From contig NC_086097.1 of NCBI RefSeq assembly GCF_963921235.1, forward strand, positions 13,454,001 through 13,518,000: a stretch of DNA of 64,000 nt, read 5' to 3'. How positions within the stretch are numbered: the first letter of the stretch is position 1; the number at the start of each line of letters is the position of its first letter. The DNA comes from Mobula hypostoma (lineage: Eukaryota). This document shows, in pieces, positions 12,206 through 25,231 of the stretch. The notes beneath the pieces were generated by a model. The model was not told the DNA's origin. It was given only the letters and a program-made list of their open reading frames with translations, and did no database searches. The position numbers were made by a program, and so were the translations under genes.

Positions 12206-13638
12206 TTCTTCACCCCACCACCCTTCACCATGTGGAATGAGGGAGGCTGAGGAGATAAAGACAAATTACCTGTGTTATGCTGTAACCTGGATTTCTGGAG
12301 TATTCCCAGACACTTGAATTGGGTGGATATCTGAAATTCTTCCCGCCCCCCCCCCATTAACTTCTCACTGAAATTATCGCTATAATTGATAATAATATAA
12401 TAATAGCCAGGTGAGTGTATTACCGGAATTAAAATCCATCTCCTGATGAACTTCAACTGTAATACCAAAGAATTGGGTATCACTGCCAGCTGCTCCCAAA
12501 GCCCTCTGCAGGCTATTGCTACTAAAGGCTTTATTTTGCCACAAGGATGTTTCTCCCTGATACCAATGTCACAAAAATCAGGGTAGGTTGTCAGTTCTTC
12601 CTTTGTTAATTACATTAAAAAACCAGTGCAATAACTTGTACATATTGTACCCCATTTCAGACATATGCTTCCATTGAACTCAATGGCACCAAATTTCAGA
12701 AGGAGAGTTCACCTACGGTTGTTCATTTGTACGCTCCGCATATTCACCAGGGCTAATTTCCAATTTAACTGCGTTTGTCTTAGAACTTGCCTCTTACTTA
12801 TTGGTAAAGAGGTGGAAGAGCTCGCTAACAGTGTCATGAAAGACCCACCTTAATCACTGTTCAAGTTCCAGTAGGATCACTGACCTCCAGATATCAACAC
12901 AGTCTGATCCCCACTCAGAAACACGGGCACTGAAGAAAAGTTTCTGGCACCAACATAACATGCCCACAACTTCCCATCCCATACATCTTTGGAATGGGGG
13001 AGAAAACTGGAGGAAACCCTTGTGGTCATGGAAAGAACGGAATGATAGTGGTGGGAATTAGACCCCTGTCACTGATACTGTAAAGTGTCCTGCTAATCAC
13101 TATGTTACTGTACCACCCATGATATGATCTGTACTTTTTTGACGTCAAGTGTAGAACAGGTACAGGACAGAAACAGGTCCTTCAGCCCATGTGTCTTTGC
13201 TAGGCATGATGCCAAATTAAAGCACACACATGTTCCACATCCCACCTGCTCCATGTAGAACTATTGCTCTACAAATCCATATACTTTTCTAGTTGCCTCT
13301 GAAAAGACATTATCTTATCTGTTCTCAATACCAAACCCTGGCAGGATGTTCCAGACACCTGCAATTCTCTGTGTAAAAAAAAGCTTGCCTTGCATATTTC
13401 GTTGAGTCGTAGAGTAATCACTGGAAAATTTTGTCTGGAAATCATACTTGCATCTAACATTAATTTGAAAGCTTTCAACCTGATGAAGGGATCAATGAAG
13501 TGAAGGTGCAGTTAAAGGGCTGGTCTTTAATCACTTAGATCATTGGGATCGCATCTGGAGCAGGTGGATTATATACAACAACGACAGGTTGCACCTCAAC
13601 AGCAAAGAGACCAATATTCTTGCAGGGAGGATTTAAAC

Positions 13639-13714
13639 CAGGGTTCCCAACCTTTTTATGCCATGGATCAATACAAAATCAAGGGGTCCATGGACCCCAG
13701 GTTGGCAACCTCTG
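13639..13714. mobile_element. 76-bp hAT (Charlie-like) MITE
   Basis: Imperfect TIRs CAGGGTTCCCAACC / GGTTGGCAACCTCTG; perfect 8-bp TSD ATTTAAAC (13631-13638, 13715-13722). Confidence 0.85.
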
Positions 13715-14112
13715 ATTTAAACTAATTCGGCAGGATGGAGTGGATAGTGTGCAGTGTGTTGGCAGTGCAGAAGGCAGAGAGAAAAAATGCTTAGGACAAA
13801 TCAAGGAAATTCTTTGGACAAAGCGGACGGAGGCAGGTTGGAGGGCTGGCAAACTCAAGTGTATTTATTTCAATGCAAGGAGTCTCACAGATAAGTTAGA
13901 TGAGTGAACATGGATCAGCATTTGGAATAATGATGTTATTGCAAAGACAGAAACATGGTTGATAGAAGGGCAGGACTGGCAGCTTAATATTCCGGGATAT
14001 GGAAGTTTGAGGCATGACACATGAAATGCAAAAGAGGAGGGAAAATCTCACCATTGATAAGGAGAACATAAGAACAATACTTAGAGGTGGTATCCTGGAT
14101 GGGTCATGTAAT

Positions 14113-14403
14113 GGTGCCATGGTAGCGTAGCGCTTAATATGACACCATTACAACGTGGTGCTTCTAGAGTTCAGAGTTCAAATCCGCCAGTGTGTGTAAG
14201 GAGTTTGTATGTTCTCGTAACTGTGTGGGTTTCCTCCGGGTGTTCCTGTTTCCTCCCAAAGTCCAAAGACCAAGCAGCTAGTAGAGTAATTGGTCATTGT
14301 AAATTGCCCCGAGATTAGACTAGGGTTAAGTAACTCGGTTGCTGGGCGATGCAATTCACTGGGCCGGAAGGGCCTGTTCCGTGCTGTGTGTCTAAATAAA
14401 TAA
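14113..14403 (+). mobile_element. tRNA-derived V-SINE (HE1-like)
   Basis: A-box-like GGTAGCGTAGCG, B-box-like GAGTTCAAATCC, V-domain GTGGGTTTCCTCCGGGTG..TTTCCTCCCA, (TAAA)n tail. Confidence 0.8.
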
Positions 14404-15754
14404 TGAGGCCATATGGATGGAATTTAGGAAAGACAGGAAGGTGATCACTCTGCTGGTGTTACACTCTAGTCCTCGTAATAGTGATGTTAACAAACAGAGA
14501 GTGCGGAGTTCCAGTCTATAGTTCCCTAAAAGTACTGAAAGTGTCATCACAGCGAGATTTATTTCTCATAGCAGTGTTAACAAAAACAACAGGGCAGGGG
14601 TGAAAGGAAGGAATTTGGAAGAGGATTAAAAGATTTTTTTTACATGGAAAGTCATTGATATCAGTAACTTGCTGCCAGTGGAGGTGGTGATGTAAGATGC
14701 ATTCACTATGCTTGTGTCATCAAGGTCTGCTTTCAGAGGACTCAATCCAAGTGTAGAGGAGCAGAGGTTTTCTCTGTCTCGGGAGTGGAGTTGTCGGCAC
14801 TGACTCAGCCCAGTTTCTGTGGATAGCAGGCTTATGAATCGACCCAGCGAGGAATGAGAGAATCCATGAAGAGACAGACATAGGAACATCAAAAGAGCCT
14901 CGGAGGAGCGACAGAGCAACACCATGAGACGAATCGTTCTCTCCAACACAATGACTCCACTAAGGCACCAAACTAGAGTCTTCTTTAAATAATCATAGAA
15001 TGAGGGAAACCTGTGACAGTCACAATTAACTTGACAAGATTAAACCAAAAGCACAAGGGCTTAATGGCTCTAGTTAGAACATAGAAATTTACAGCACGTT
15101 ACAGGCCCTTTGGCCCACAAAGTTGTGCCGACCATGTAACCTACTCTAGAAACCGCCTAGAATTTCCCTACTGCTTAGCCCCCTATTTTTCTAAGCTCCA
15201 TGTACCAATCTAAGAGTCACTTAAAAGACTCTATTGTATTCACCTCTTCAACCATTGCTGCCAGTACATTCACCTACCCACCACTCTCTGTGTAAAAAAC
15301 TTACCTCTGTCATCCCCCTTGTACCTAAGTTAACAATTAGTAAATACACGTGCTTGAGAACCCTAGAAGCTCGATGCTGTATTACAAGCCACAGAGGCCA
15401 GAGGGCTCATAACAGCTTAAATAGAAGATGTAGAAAAATGGGATTAGTGTAGTTAGACAGCTTTGTCATGGACACAATGGGGCAAAAGCACATCTCTGTA
15501 AGTTTACGAGAGATAAGTGTGAAGACAAGTTTGGGGGAGCCTGAAACTAGCGACAATAAATATTATGCACCTGTAAATTCAGTAAGAAGCACAGGATGAA
15601 CTTTTTTGCTCATGGTATTGTTAGATTATGGAACTCACCATGACAGGGAGTGATTGAAACCATTAGAAGAGATACAGTTAAAGGTAAGTCAGGTAAGTAT
15701 AAAAGGGGAAAAGCATTGTCAGTATGCGGTAATAAATAGAATGGAGTAAGGGAC

Positions 15755-16360
15755 ATAGAATCATAGAAAAATGCAGCACAGAAACAGGTCCTTTGGCCCG
15801 TCTGGTATGTGCTGAACTATTACTCTGCCTTGACCTATCGACCTGCTTCTGGATTATAGCCCTCCATAACTCTCCCATCCGCGTCCATATCCAATTTCAC
15901 TTAAAAGTTGAAATTGAACCCATATCCACCACTTGCGCTGGCAGCTCATTCCACACTCTCACCACCCTCTGAGTGAAGAACTTCCCTTTCATGTACCCCT
16001 TAAACATTTCACCTTTCACCCCTAACCCATGACCTCGAGGTCTAGTCTCATTCAGCCTCATGGAAAAAGCCTGTTTGCATTTATCCTGCCTAAGTCCCTC
16101 ATAATTTTGTATATCTCTTACCAAATCTCCCCTCAATCTTCTACATTCTAGGGAGTAAAGTCCTAATCTATTCAATCTTTCCCTATAACTCATGTCCTCA
16201 AGTTCTGGCAACATCCTTGTAAACTTTCTTTGCACTCTTTCAATTTCATTTACATCTTTCCAGTGGATAGGTCACCAAAACTGCACACAATACTCCAAGT
16301 TAGCCCTTGCCAATTTCTCATACAATTTCAACATTACATCCCATCTCCTGTACTCAGTAC
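15755..16360 (-). mobile_element. CR1 LINE 3' fragment
   Basis: ORF 15897-16235 QRKFTRMLP...RLRGDL...FFTQRVVRVWNELP; CATAGAA tail. Confidence 0.85.
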
Positions 16361-16734
16361 ATTTATTTGTTTGTTTGTTATTATTCAGAAATCAGCATGG
16401 AGTAGGCCCTCTGGCCCATCAATCTGCACTGCCAGCAACCCTCCGTTTTAACCCTAGCCTAATCACAGTACAGTTTAGTTCAGTTTATCACTCTGTCATT
16501 TGATGACTGCAAGCTGCCGAGCCAGTTTGTGCTGAAGCACCCTGATCAAATCGCGCAACAATTCAAAAAAGAGTAACCAGAAACCAGAGACACATGACAC
16601 ATGAACCACCAAGGTCCCCATAAACGAGTCCACAGACATGAGCTGATCAAACCTAACAATGTGAGGAAGATTCCTGCCCTTCATACACTTGGCTTCATCC
16701 CACACTAGTCTTCCTAGAGGTATCCAAATGGGAA

Positions 16735-17690
16735 AAAGTCACCAATTTCAAGTTCATGGGGGTCAATATCTTTAAAGATCTGTCCTGGGCCCAACATATT
16801 GATGCAGCTACAAAGAAGGCATGACAACAGCTATACTTCATTTGGAGTTTGAGGAGCTTTGGTACGTCACCAAAGACGCTCGCAAATTTCTACAGATGTA
16901 CAATGAAGAGCATTCTAAATGGCTGCATCACCATCTTGCCCAGGATCAAAATAAGCTGCAAAGAGTTGTGAACTTAGTCAACTGCATAATGGATGGGCAC
17001 TACCCTCCATAGTACCCAGGATATCTTCAACGAGTGATGCCTCAAAAAGGTGGCATCCATTATTAAGCATCCCCATCACCCAAGATATGTCCTGCTGTCG
17101 TTGCCACTGTCATGGAGAAGGTACAGAAGCCTGGAGGCACACACAGAAAAATTCAGGAACCGGTTCTTCCCGTCTGCCATCCGATTTCTGAATGGACATT
17201 GAACCTGTGAACACTAACTCACTACTTTTTTTGCACTAATTTAATTGAAAAGGCATCCGTTAGTCTTGCGAGACCATGGATCTGCGCCAGGAAAGTCTTC
17301 ACTCTCCAGGGCGCAGGTCTGGGCGAGGTTGTATGGAAGACCAGCAGTTTCCCATGCTGCAAGTCTCCCCTCTCCACGACACCAATGTTGTCCAGGGGAA
17401 GGCATTAGGACCCATACAGCTTGGCACCAGTGTCGTCGCAGAGCAATGTGTGTGATTAAGTGCCTTGCTCAAGGACACAACACATGTTGCCTCGGTTGGG
17501 GCTCGAACTTACAACCTTTAGGTCGCTAGTCCAATGCCTTAATCACTTGGCCACTATATTTAATATATACGTATATAGTTACCATAGTCCCCCTTTTTTC
17601 TATTATTGTGCATTGCACTGTACTGCTGCCATAAAGACAACAGACTTTAATGACATATGCCGGTGATATTAAGCCTAATTCTGTTTCTGA
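16735..17690 (+). mobile_element. Rex1/Babar LINE 3' fragment, interrupted by a SINE
   Basis: NFKFMGVNI..DLSW motif, FYRCT, LQRVV, and FPSAIRFLN C-terminus followed by 3' UTR. Confidence 0.75.
17249..17554 (-). mobile_element. tRNA-derived SINE with CORE-like segment and RTE-like tail
   Basis: Minus strand has GTGGCCAAGTGATT (A box), AGTTCGAGCC (B box), GTCCTTGAGCAAGGCACTTAA; the tail is homologous to 57180-57350. Confidence 0.75.
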
Positions 17691-19209
17691 TTCATTTTAC
17701 GTTTTAAGTTTGTGTTTCTTTCCGGTGATACACTATTGTGGGAAATATTTGTCCTCAGTGGAAGTTGGAGTTGAGTTACAGAACTGAGCTCTGTTGAAAC
17801 ATAAATTTTGGAGTTGGATGTGGAACACTGCTCTGCTGCACATTTATCAGAAGCAATTGAGCACAAGTTATGTAAGCAAAGAGCAAAGCAGGAGGGTATT
17901 GATGTGGTGAATATCTCAGTTCTCATTAAAACATTAATAATACAATCAACACAGACAATATGAATAGAATTGCTCATACTCAAATCTAGAAGTATTAAAA
18001 AAAACATACCTTATCATTGTTTGGATTAATGATTTCTCTAATTGTATAATTACATTGTTTAACATTATGCATCTTTAGAAAATGTATCACTCAATTCCTT
18101 TGGACTATGGACTTGAATAATTCATAAATATTTTACAGTAATCCCTTTGATATATTTTCATTAAAAAAACTGCAGCTGTTAGATTTTTTCTCTTAAATTA
18201 TTTTTTAATTAAATGATTAAATTATTTATAATTAATTGCAAGCAACAGTTATTATTTTTCAAATAAACCCATGCAGCTGAAGTCATTGCCGAGGTAGCCC
18301 TAAGTTGATTAACAACACACAACCCTGCAGCGATCTTGGAGTGATTTTAATCCCTGACTAATTTAATGATACAGCAAAACGGTGCTAAAAATTTCACTGC
18401 TCTTATTTCCACCGCATGATGGAAATGTACTGCCACTGGAGACTAAAGTCTAAAACACTGGACTGGCAGCAATCTTCATCTCCTTCATCTTGCAACGCCT
18501 GGGGTGAATCACTGATAATCACTTTGAGGTGTTTGCGAACCCTACTGCACAATTTTTCTTTATCACATCATCACCTTGTCACAGCGTTGTCTTACCTCTT
18601 CTTTAACTCATCCTTCTAGCTTTCTGGTATGAGGTTAAAATGTTGCTAAAGTCTTTGTTATCATCACCATCATCTTGATCAATATTCATCTTGTTCCATG
18701 TAGATATGGGATTTTTTTTAAAAATAAGCTATACCATACACATTGCAGGTAACTGTTCTGCATGGACTTGCAATCTTGTCTTGAGCAATGACAATAAAGT
18801 TCTATCCTATTCTATTCTATTCTCTTAATCCATTTTCCTAAAGATTTTTAACTGGTAATTCATGGGAGCTTGTCATGTTCCATCATTCCAACAGAAGCTC
18901 AATTTGGAAATCACATCACATATGTATAGAGAAGTAAATCTGTGGAATTCGTTGCCACAGGCAAGTGTGGAAGCCAAGTCTTTACATATACTTAAGGCAG
19001 AGGTTGATAGATTCTTGATTAGTCAGGGCATGAAGGGATATGGGAGGAAGTAGGAAATTGGAAAATGAAACAGCCATGATGAAATGGTGGTGCAGACTCA
19101 AAGGGTCAAATGGTTTAATTCTGCACTATATCTAATGGTCTTATGGTCTGATATCTTTCTATAGGATCTTAGAAATCACCATATAAACAATTTGTAGAAT
19201 ATCCTGCTT

Positions 19210-20520
19210 TCCCATAGAGATCTTGCCAATGTAACTTGACTCAGCACCTGACCTCATTATCCAAGCCTTTTCCAGCATCTGTAAACCTCAAGTCTGAATC
19301 CTGATGGAGTACTCTTAACTTGTCTGTATAAGAATTGCATCAACTCTTATGAGGTTCAACACCATTAAGGACAATTGAGGCCTTCTTGATTGACAGTTAG
19401 CATCCATCCCAAGCATTCATTCTCTCTACCACTGCACAGAGAGGCAGCAACATGTCCTCTCTGTGATGCAGTTATATCCTGGGATTTCCCTTCTGTACCT
19501 CTTGTTATAAGGATCTATTGCTTGGTAACAATGATTAGAGGCTCAAAGAGAGAATCTCTATTTACCGACAAGTAATTTATTGTCTCAATTAAAAAACACT
19601 TGGGTTCACAAAGTACCCACCTGTGGGCAGGCCCACCAGAATTCCCTGACCCTACATGAATAGTCAATGAAGAGAAGAGGTATCACCCGGGAACGGAGTC
19701 CAAATTGGCTAGGCATACCTCATGGTCCCGATCTCCATGTGTCTGTGGGGTCCTCCTCATCTACGATGGTTGTTCTCTGGTTGTTGAAGAATCATCACCA
19801 TTACATATTTGGAGCTCCTGACTTTTACAGTGTTCCTCATCACTTGAACTGATGACCCTCCATCCCATTGCCTCAAGATCACCTGACCAACCTGAGTCAC
19901 CTTCTTACTGGCTTCCAGGGCTACAGGCAACATCGTTCTATGTTTTCTATCCTCAACCTCTCCCCTAGCCTTGTTCCTTTCAGCACTGACTGGTTCAAAC
20001 CAGTCAAAACTAGGTGTTCCAGACACTGAGTCTAACGAGATTACAGATCCCTTCTCTAGTTAGTCTGCCACTTTACATAATAAATAGTTACTCATCTGAG
20101 AATGGTCTCAGATTTAGCAGGACATTAGCTGAAGATCTTTGTATCCTCATTCAATTGCTCTGATTAGATTATCTCAGAGCAAGAATTGGATTAGAGTACA
20201 TCATATGGGAGGAAACAAAGACAATTGGTTTCTCCGCTCTAAGACTTTGATTCATTCAAATCCCCTGATTTGTAGACTGTAGTCCCTTCTGGCCAACACT
20301 CTTAAACTGGTGAACTCCACCAACATGAAGGATAAAGGAAACAATTACACAATCATGCAATATGGGTTCCTCTCAAACTCACATACTCTCCTAACTTAGA
20401 AATCTCCTGCCAGTGGACTACAGCTTCTAAATTCTAGAATTTCCTACCCAACAACAGTATAGGAGCACTGTCATCAGAAAGACTGTGGTCTTCTCAAGTT
20501 TAAGAATAAGCTTTGCTAGT
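19210..20520 (+). mobile_element. Ancient CR1-type LINE 3' fragment split by a solo LTR
   Basis: Decayed ORF2 C-terminus (MEYS...FNTI.D..LI) and 3' end continue on both sides of 19503-20298. Confidence 0.5.
19503..20298 (-). mobile_element. Solo LTR (Gypsy- or ERV1-like), 796 bp
   Basis: TGTT...AACA termini, 4-bp TSD CTCT (19499-19502, 20299-20302), minus-strand AATAAA at 19576-19581; interrupts an older LINE. Confidence 0.65.
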
Positions 20521-20712
20521 TGTTGAAAAGGAGTTTTTAAGACGGATATGTGCCTCTGCTACATTATGAATGACACCATAATACATAAGAGCCTGCGGTA
20601 GCCTTACTACCTTACTATTTCCTATATTACTAATTTCAATTTTAGGTGCAAATTGTTACACTTTAATTCAGATTTATGCAGACAATGAATATTGAATCTT
20701 CCATCTTGGCAG

Positions 20713-20920
20713 ATGCGCATTCAAGGAAATACAGTTTGAGCTGCTACGGTGATAACCAGCTGAAAGAAGATGGAATGAGATTGATTGTGGTTTTATGGAC
20801 TACTGTGCTAAAAGTCTTATTTGCTTATGCCATCACAGTAATTTCCTTCCAACTCACAAATGTCTGCCTCTCAAAATCCAACCCAACGTCCCCACCATAC
20901 ACCATGAAAGGTGGAAATGG
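20713..20920 (+). other. Candidate phase-1 coding exon with Cys stalk and Lys-containing transmembrane segment
   Basis: Acceptor TTCCATCTTGGCAG and donor GG|GTAAGG. Only one frame is open: DAHSRKYSLSCYGDNQLKEDGMRLIVVLWTTVLKVLFAYAITVISFQL... Confidence 0.22.
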
Positions 20921-21438
20921 GTAAGGCTGGCCAACAGGGTTCTGGTGAAGCTCTATAAGCCAACAACCCCCACCCCCATACAGTGGATGCAATGGATTGC
21001 ATAAGTGTTGATGATCTCCAACCAAACCATTGACACCAGAGGATGATGGAGATGGAAGTTAATCAATGGCCTCTGGTCCACTTGGAGCTAAGGGTGCAGT
21101 CAAAGCACAAATCAAAATTCAAAGTTCAACGTTCAAGGTAAAATTTATTATCGGAGTACATACACTGAGATTCTTTTTCCTGCAGGCATACTCACAAAAT
21201 CTATAGAACAGTAACTGTAAACAGGATCAATGAACAACAAACTGCGCAAATGCAAATATAAATAAATAGCAATAAATAATGACAGCATTAAATAACAAGA
21301 TAACGAGTACTTAAAGAGGAACACCAGAAATAGAATGAATGTAGTTATCCTCTTTTGTTCAAAAGCCTGATGGTTGTGGGGTAGTAACTGTTCTTGAACC
21401 TATCCAAAGATATCCAACGTCTAAGTGTCATGAAATGT

Positions 21439-23002
21439 CCCTTTTGGAAGTTTTCATGTTTTATTCTTTTATAACTTTGAATCACAGTGAATTTAATTTG
21501 GCTTTTTTGACACTGATCAACAGAAAAAGATTATTTCATGTTAAAATGAAAACATCTCTACAAAGTGATCTAAGTGAATTACAAATATAAAACACAAAAT
21601 AATTAATTGCATAATTACTCATCTCCTTCAAGTCAGCATTTAGTAGATGCACCTTTGGCTGTAATTATAGCCTTGAGTCTGTGTGGATAGGTCTCAATCA
21701 GCTTTGCATATCTGGACACTGCAATTTCTCCCCATTCTTCTTTACAAAACTGCTCAAGCTCTGTCAGATTGCATGGGGATAGTGAGTGAACAGCCCTTTT
21801 CAAGTCCAGCCACAAATTCTCAATTGGATTGAGTTCTGGACTCTATCTTAGCTACACTGGGACATTAACTTTGTTGTTTTTAAGCCATTCCTGTGTAGCT
21901 TTGGCTTTATGGTTGGGTTAATTGACAAATCTTCTCCCAAGTCGCAGTTCCCTTGCAAACTACATCAGGTTTTCCTTCAAGATTTCCCCGTATTTTGCTG
22001 CATTCATTTTACCCTCTACCTTCACAAGCCTTCCAGGACCTGCTGCAATGATTCACCCTCACAGCATGATGCAGCCGCCACCATGCATCATGGTAGGGAT
22101 TGTGTATTTTTGATGATGTGTGGTGTTTTGCTTAATTTTGGCATTTAGTCTGTTGGCCTAAAAGCTCAATTTTGGTTTCATCAGACCATGGAACCTTCTT
22201 CCAACTGACTTCAGAGTCTCCCACATGCCTTCTGACAAACTCTAGCTGAGATTTCATGTGAGTTCTTTTCAACAATGGTTTTCCCCTTGTCCCTCTCCCA
22301 TAAAGTTGCAACTGGTGAAGCATCCGGGCAACAGTTGTTGTATGCACAGTCTCTCCCATCTCAGCCACTGAAGCTTGTAACTCCTCCAGAGTTTTTATAG
22401 GTCTCTTGGTGGCCTCCCTCAATAGCCTCCCTCTTCCACGGTCAATTAGTTTTTGAGGATTTACAGTTATGCCATACTCTTTCCATTTCTTGATAATTGA
22501 CTTATCTGTACCCCAAGGGATTTGGAGATATTCTTGTATCTACCTCCTGACTTGTATTTTTCAATAGCCTTTTGCAGAGTTGCTTGGAGTGTTCTTTTGT
22601 CTTCAGGGTGTAGTTTTTTCCAGGATACTGATTTGCCAGTATTTTGATCTTCCAGATACAGGTGTATCTTTAACATAATCAATTGGAACACCTTGACTGC
22701 ACTCAGGTCTCCAGAAACAGATCTTCATTTAACTAAGTAAGTGACCTCTAAAACCAATTGGCTGCATCAGTGATGATTCGGTGTGTTATATTAAAGGGGG
22801 TGAATACTTATGCAATCAATTATTTGTGTTTTATATTTGTAATTAATTTAGATAATTTTGTCGAGACCTGTTTTCACTGTGCCACGCAGGAGACTTTCTC
22901 TGTTTATCAGTGACAAAAAAGCCAAATTAAATCCACTGTTATCCAGTGTTGTAAAACAATAAAACATGAAAGCTTCCAAAGGGTGAATATTTTTTAGAGG
23001 CA
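21439..23002 (-). mobile_element. Decayed Tc1-family DNA transposon with ~200-bp TIRs; transposase pseudogene
   Basis: Inverted repeats at about 21439-21631 and 22791-23002. Fragments KAIEKYKSG.RYKNISKSL, WKKVPWSDETKIEL and WLDLKRAVH...LIETYPHRLKAIITAKGASTKC. Confidence 0.9.
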
Positions 23003-23019
23003 AAAAGAAAGCAAAAAAA

Positions 23020-23590
23020 TAGTGAGGTAAAATACATCGGTCATTGTCTATTCAGTAATCTGATGGCAGAGAGCAAACAGCTGTTCCTAAGGTGTTGAAG
23101 TGTGGCTGCTGTACCCCCTCCTTGATGGTAGCATTGAGAAGAGGAGATGTCTTGGGTATAGGGGTACTTAATGATGGATGCTGTCTTTTTGAGGTTTGTT
23201 TTTGAAAGATGTTGCAGTGCTCAGGAGGCTAGTGTCCATGATGGAGATGGCTGAGTTTGCAACTTTCTGCAGCTTTTTCCAATCCTGTGCAGTGGCCCCT
23301 CCATAACAGATGGTGAGGCAACCAGTCAGAATTCTCTCCACCGTACATCTGTAGAAATTTGCGAGGTGATGCACCAAATCTGCTCAGACTCCCAATGAAA
23401 TATAGCTGCATTTGTGCCTTTTTTGTAATTGCATCAATACGTTTGTCCCAGGATAGCTCCTCGGAAATGTTGACACCCAGGAATTTGAAACTTCTCACAC
23501 TTTCCACTGCCGATCCTCGGTGAGGACTGGTGGGTGTTCCGTCAACTTCCCCTTTCTGAAGTCCACAATCAATTCCTTGGTCCTTCATAT
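23020..23590 (-). mobile_element. Rex1/Babar LINE fragment
   Basis: VESVRSFKFLGVNISEELSW and NFYRCTVERILTGCLTICYG motifs (ORFs 23229-23588, 23168-23377). Confidence 0.85.
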
Positions 23591-24461
23591 TGTGGATTTT
23601 TAATCATCTTCAAATTTATTCACTGTACCATTGGCAGCTGAGTCTTCAATTTCCTCGGCCAAACCTCTGTCTCTCCAAATCGCTTGTATCTGTAAAATCT
23701 CCCTGGTTAACCAAGCTTTTGGGATCTCTTTCAGGGAGTTGATGTCAAATTTGGTTACATGATGTATCTGTGGAGCACCTTGGAACATTTTTCTGTCTTT
23801 AAGTGTGCAAAAAGGTTCTACTGTTAATGCATATTGCTGTGATTTTAAATTCAAACGCTTACATGTGTACATATGCTGCAATCAAGGTTCAGTTCAGTTC
23901 TAACACAATTCACATGTAACTGGTAGTTACCCTGAAGCCATGGACATTTTGTCATTAAAGTACTGCAGAATGGTAAAACCTTGTACAGAAAGCGATTGAT
24001 TATTTAAAATGTTCTACATCCATAATTGATGAAGACTACAAAATTTTAATAATCCTTTTTTAACCTTCCTCAGTGAATAATGGAAAGTTACATTTATTTT
24101 CACTCCAATCTTTCCCTGTGGAATATAGATTGATTCAGTGTCCCTCTCAGATCTACCACCTGAGATGAAAGTGTGCAGGTAGAGGGAGGAAAGAGGGAGT
24201 GTGAAGAGTGTTGCAGACTCAGCAGCTCCATCATAGGCACTATCCTAAAGGCAGTGCTTCAAGAAGGTGGCATCCATCAAGAAGGACCTTGCACCATTCG
24301 AAATATGCCATCATCATTACTACCATCAGGCAGGAGGTAAAGTAGCTTGAAGACCTACACTCAACATTTTAGAAACAGCATCTTCCCCTCCACCATCAGA
24401 TTTCTGAATGGTGTGTGAACCCATGAATTTATGTTTTTACTGTATATTTCTGATTGCAACT

Positions 24462-25006
24462 TACACTCAAAATACGCTTTTCTAGGTACACCCGCACACC
24501 TTGTTCATGCAAATATCTAATCAGCCAATCATGTGGCAACAACACAATGCATAAAATGATACGGTCCTGATGAAGATGTTCAGGTGGTTTTCAGACCAAA
24601 TGTCAGGATGGGGAAGAAATGCAATCTCAGTGACTTTGATTATTGGTGCCAGACAGGGCGGTTTGAGTATCTCAAAAAACTGCTGATCTCCTGGGATTTG
24701 CACGCACAACACAGAGAATGGTGCGAAAAACAAAATAAAAAACATCCAGTGAGTGGCAGTTCTGTGGGTGAAAACACCTCATTAATGAGAGAGGTCAGAG
24801 AAGAATGGCCAGACTGATTCAAGCTGACAGGAAGGTGACAGTAACTGAAATAACCACACATTACAACAGTGGTGTGCAGAAGAGCACCTCTGAATGCACA
24901 ACACATTGAACCTTGAAGTGGATGGGCTACAGCAGCAGAAGACCACAAGCATACACGCAGTGACCACATTATTAGTCACAGGAGGTACCTAATAAAGTGG
25001 CCACTG
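24462..25006 (+). mobile_element. Internally deleted Tc1-like element (transposase N-terminus only)
   Basis: MGKKCNLSDFD and RGQRRMARLIQADRKVTVTEIT..MGYSSRRP fragments; right TIR GGTACCTAATAAAGTGGCCACTG; left TIR degenerate. Confidence 0.75.
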
Positions 25007-25188
25007 TCTAGCAATTTTGTTATGTATTACACTCCACTGTTGTTGCCAAACAACAAATTTCAGAACATATGTCAGTGAAAGTAAACCATACTGTGTTTCT
25101 GACTCTGATTCTAAGTGGAAAGGAGAGGGACCAAACACCAGTGTTGGGTTATCTCCTTATGAGTGAGTTTCCTCTCTGTAACTTTCAG

Positions 25189-25231
25189 TGTTACTGTAAC
25201 AAATCCTGTGTCAGTCAACCAAAGAGAGACG
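25189..25231 (+). other. Candidate 43-nt internal exon
   Basis: Pyrimidine-rich acceptor TTTCCTCTCTGTAACTTTCAG and consensus donor G|GTAAGT in unique sequence. Confidence 0.25.

Larger units (their letters stand above)
13540..14480 (+). mobile_element. Old CR1 LINE fragment spanning the ORF1 end and ORF2 APE endonuclease start
   Basis: CIYFNARSLTDKLDE and DVIAKTETWLIEGQDWQLNIPGY motifs at about 13860-14000; interrupted by a MITE and a SINE. Confidence 0.7.
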
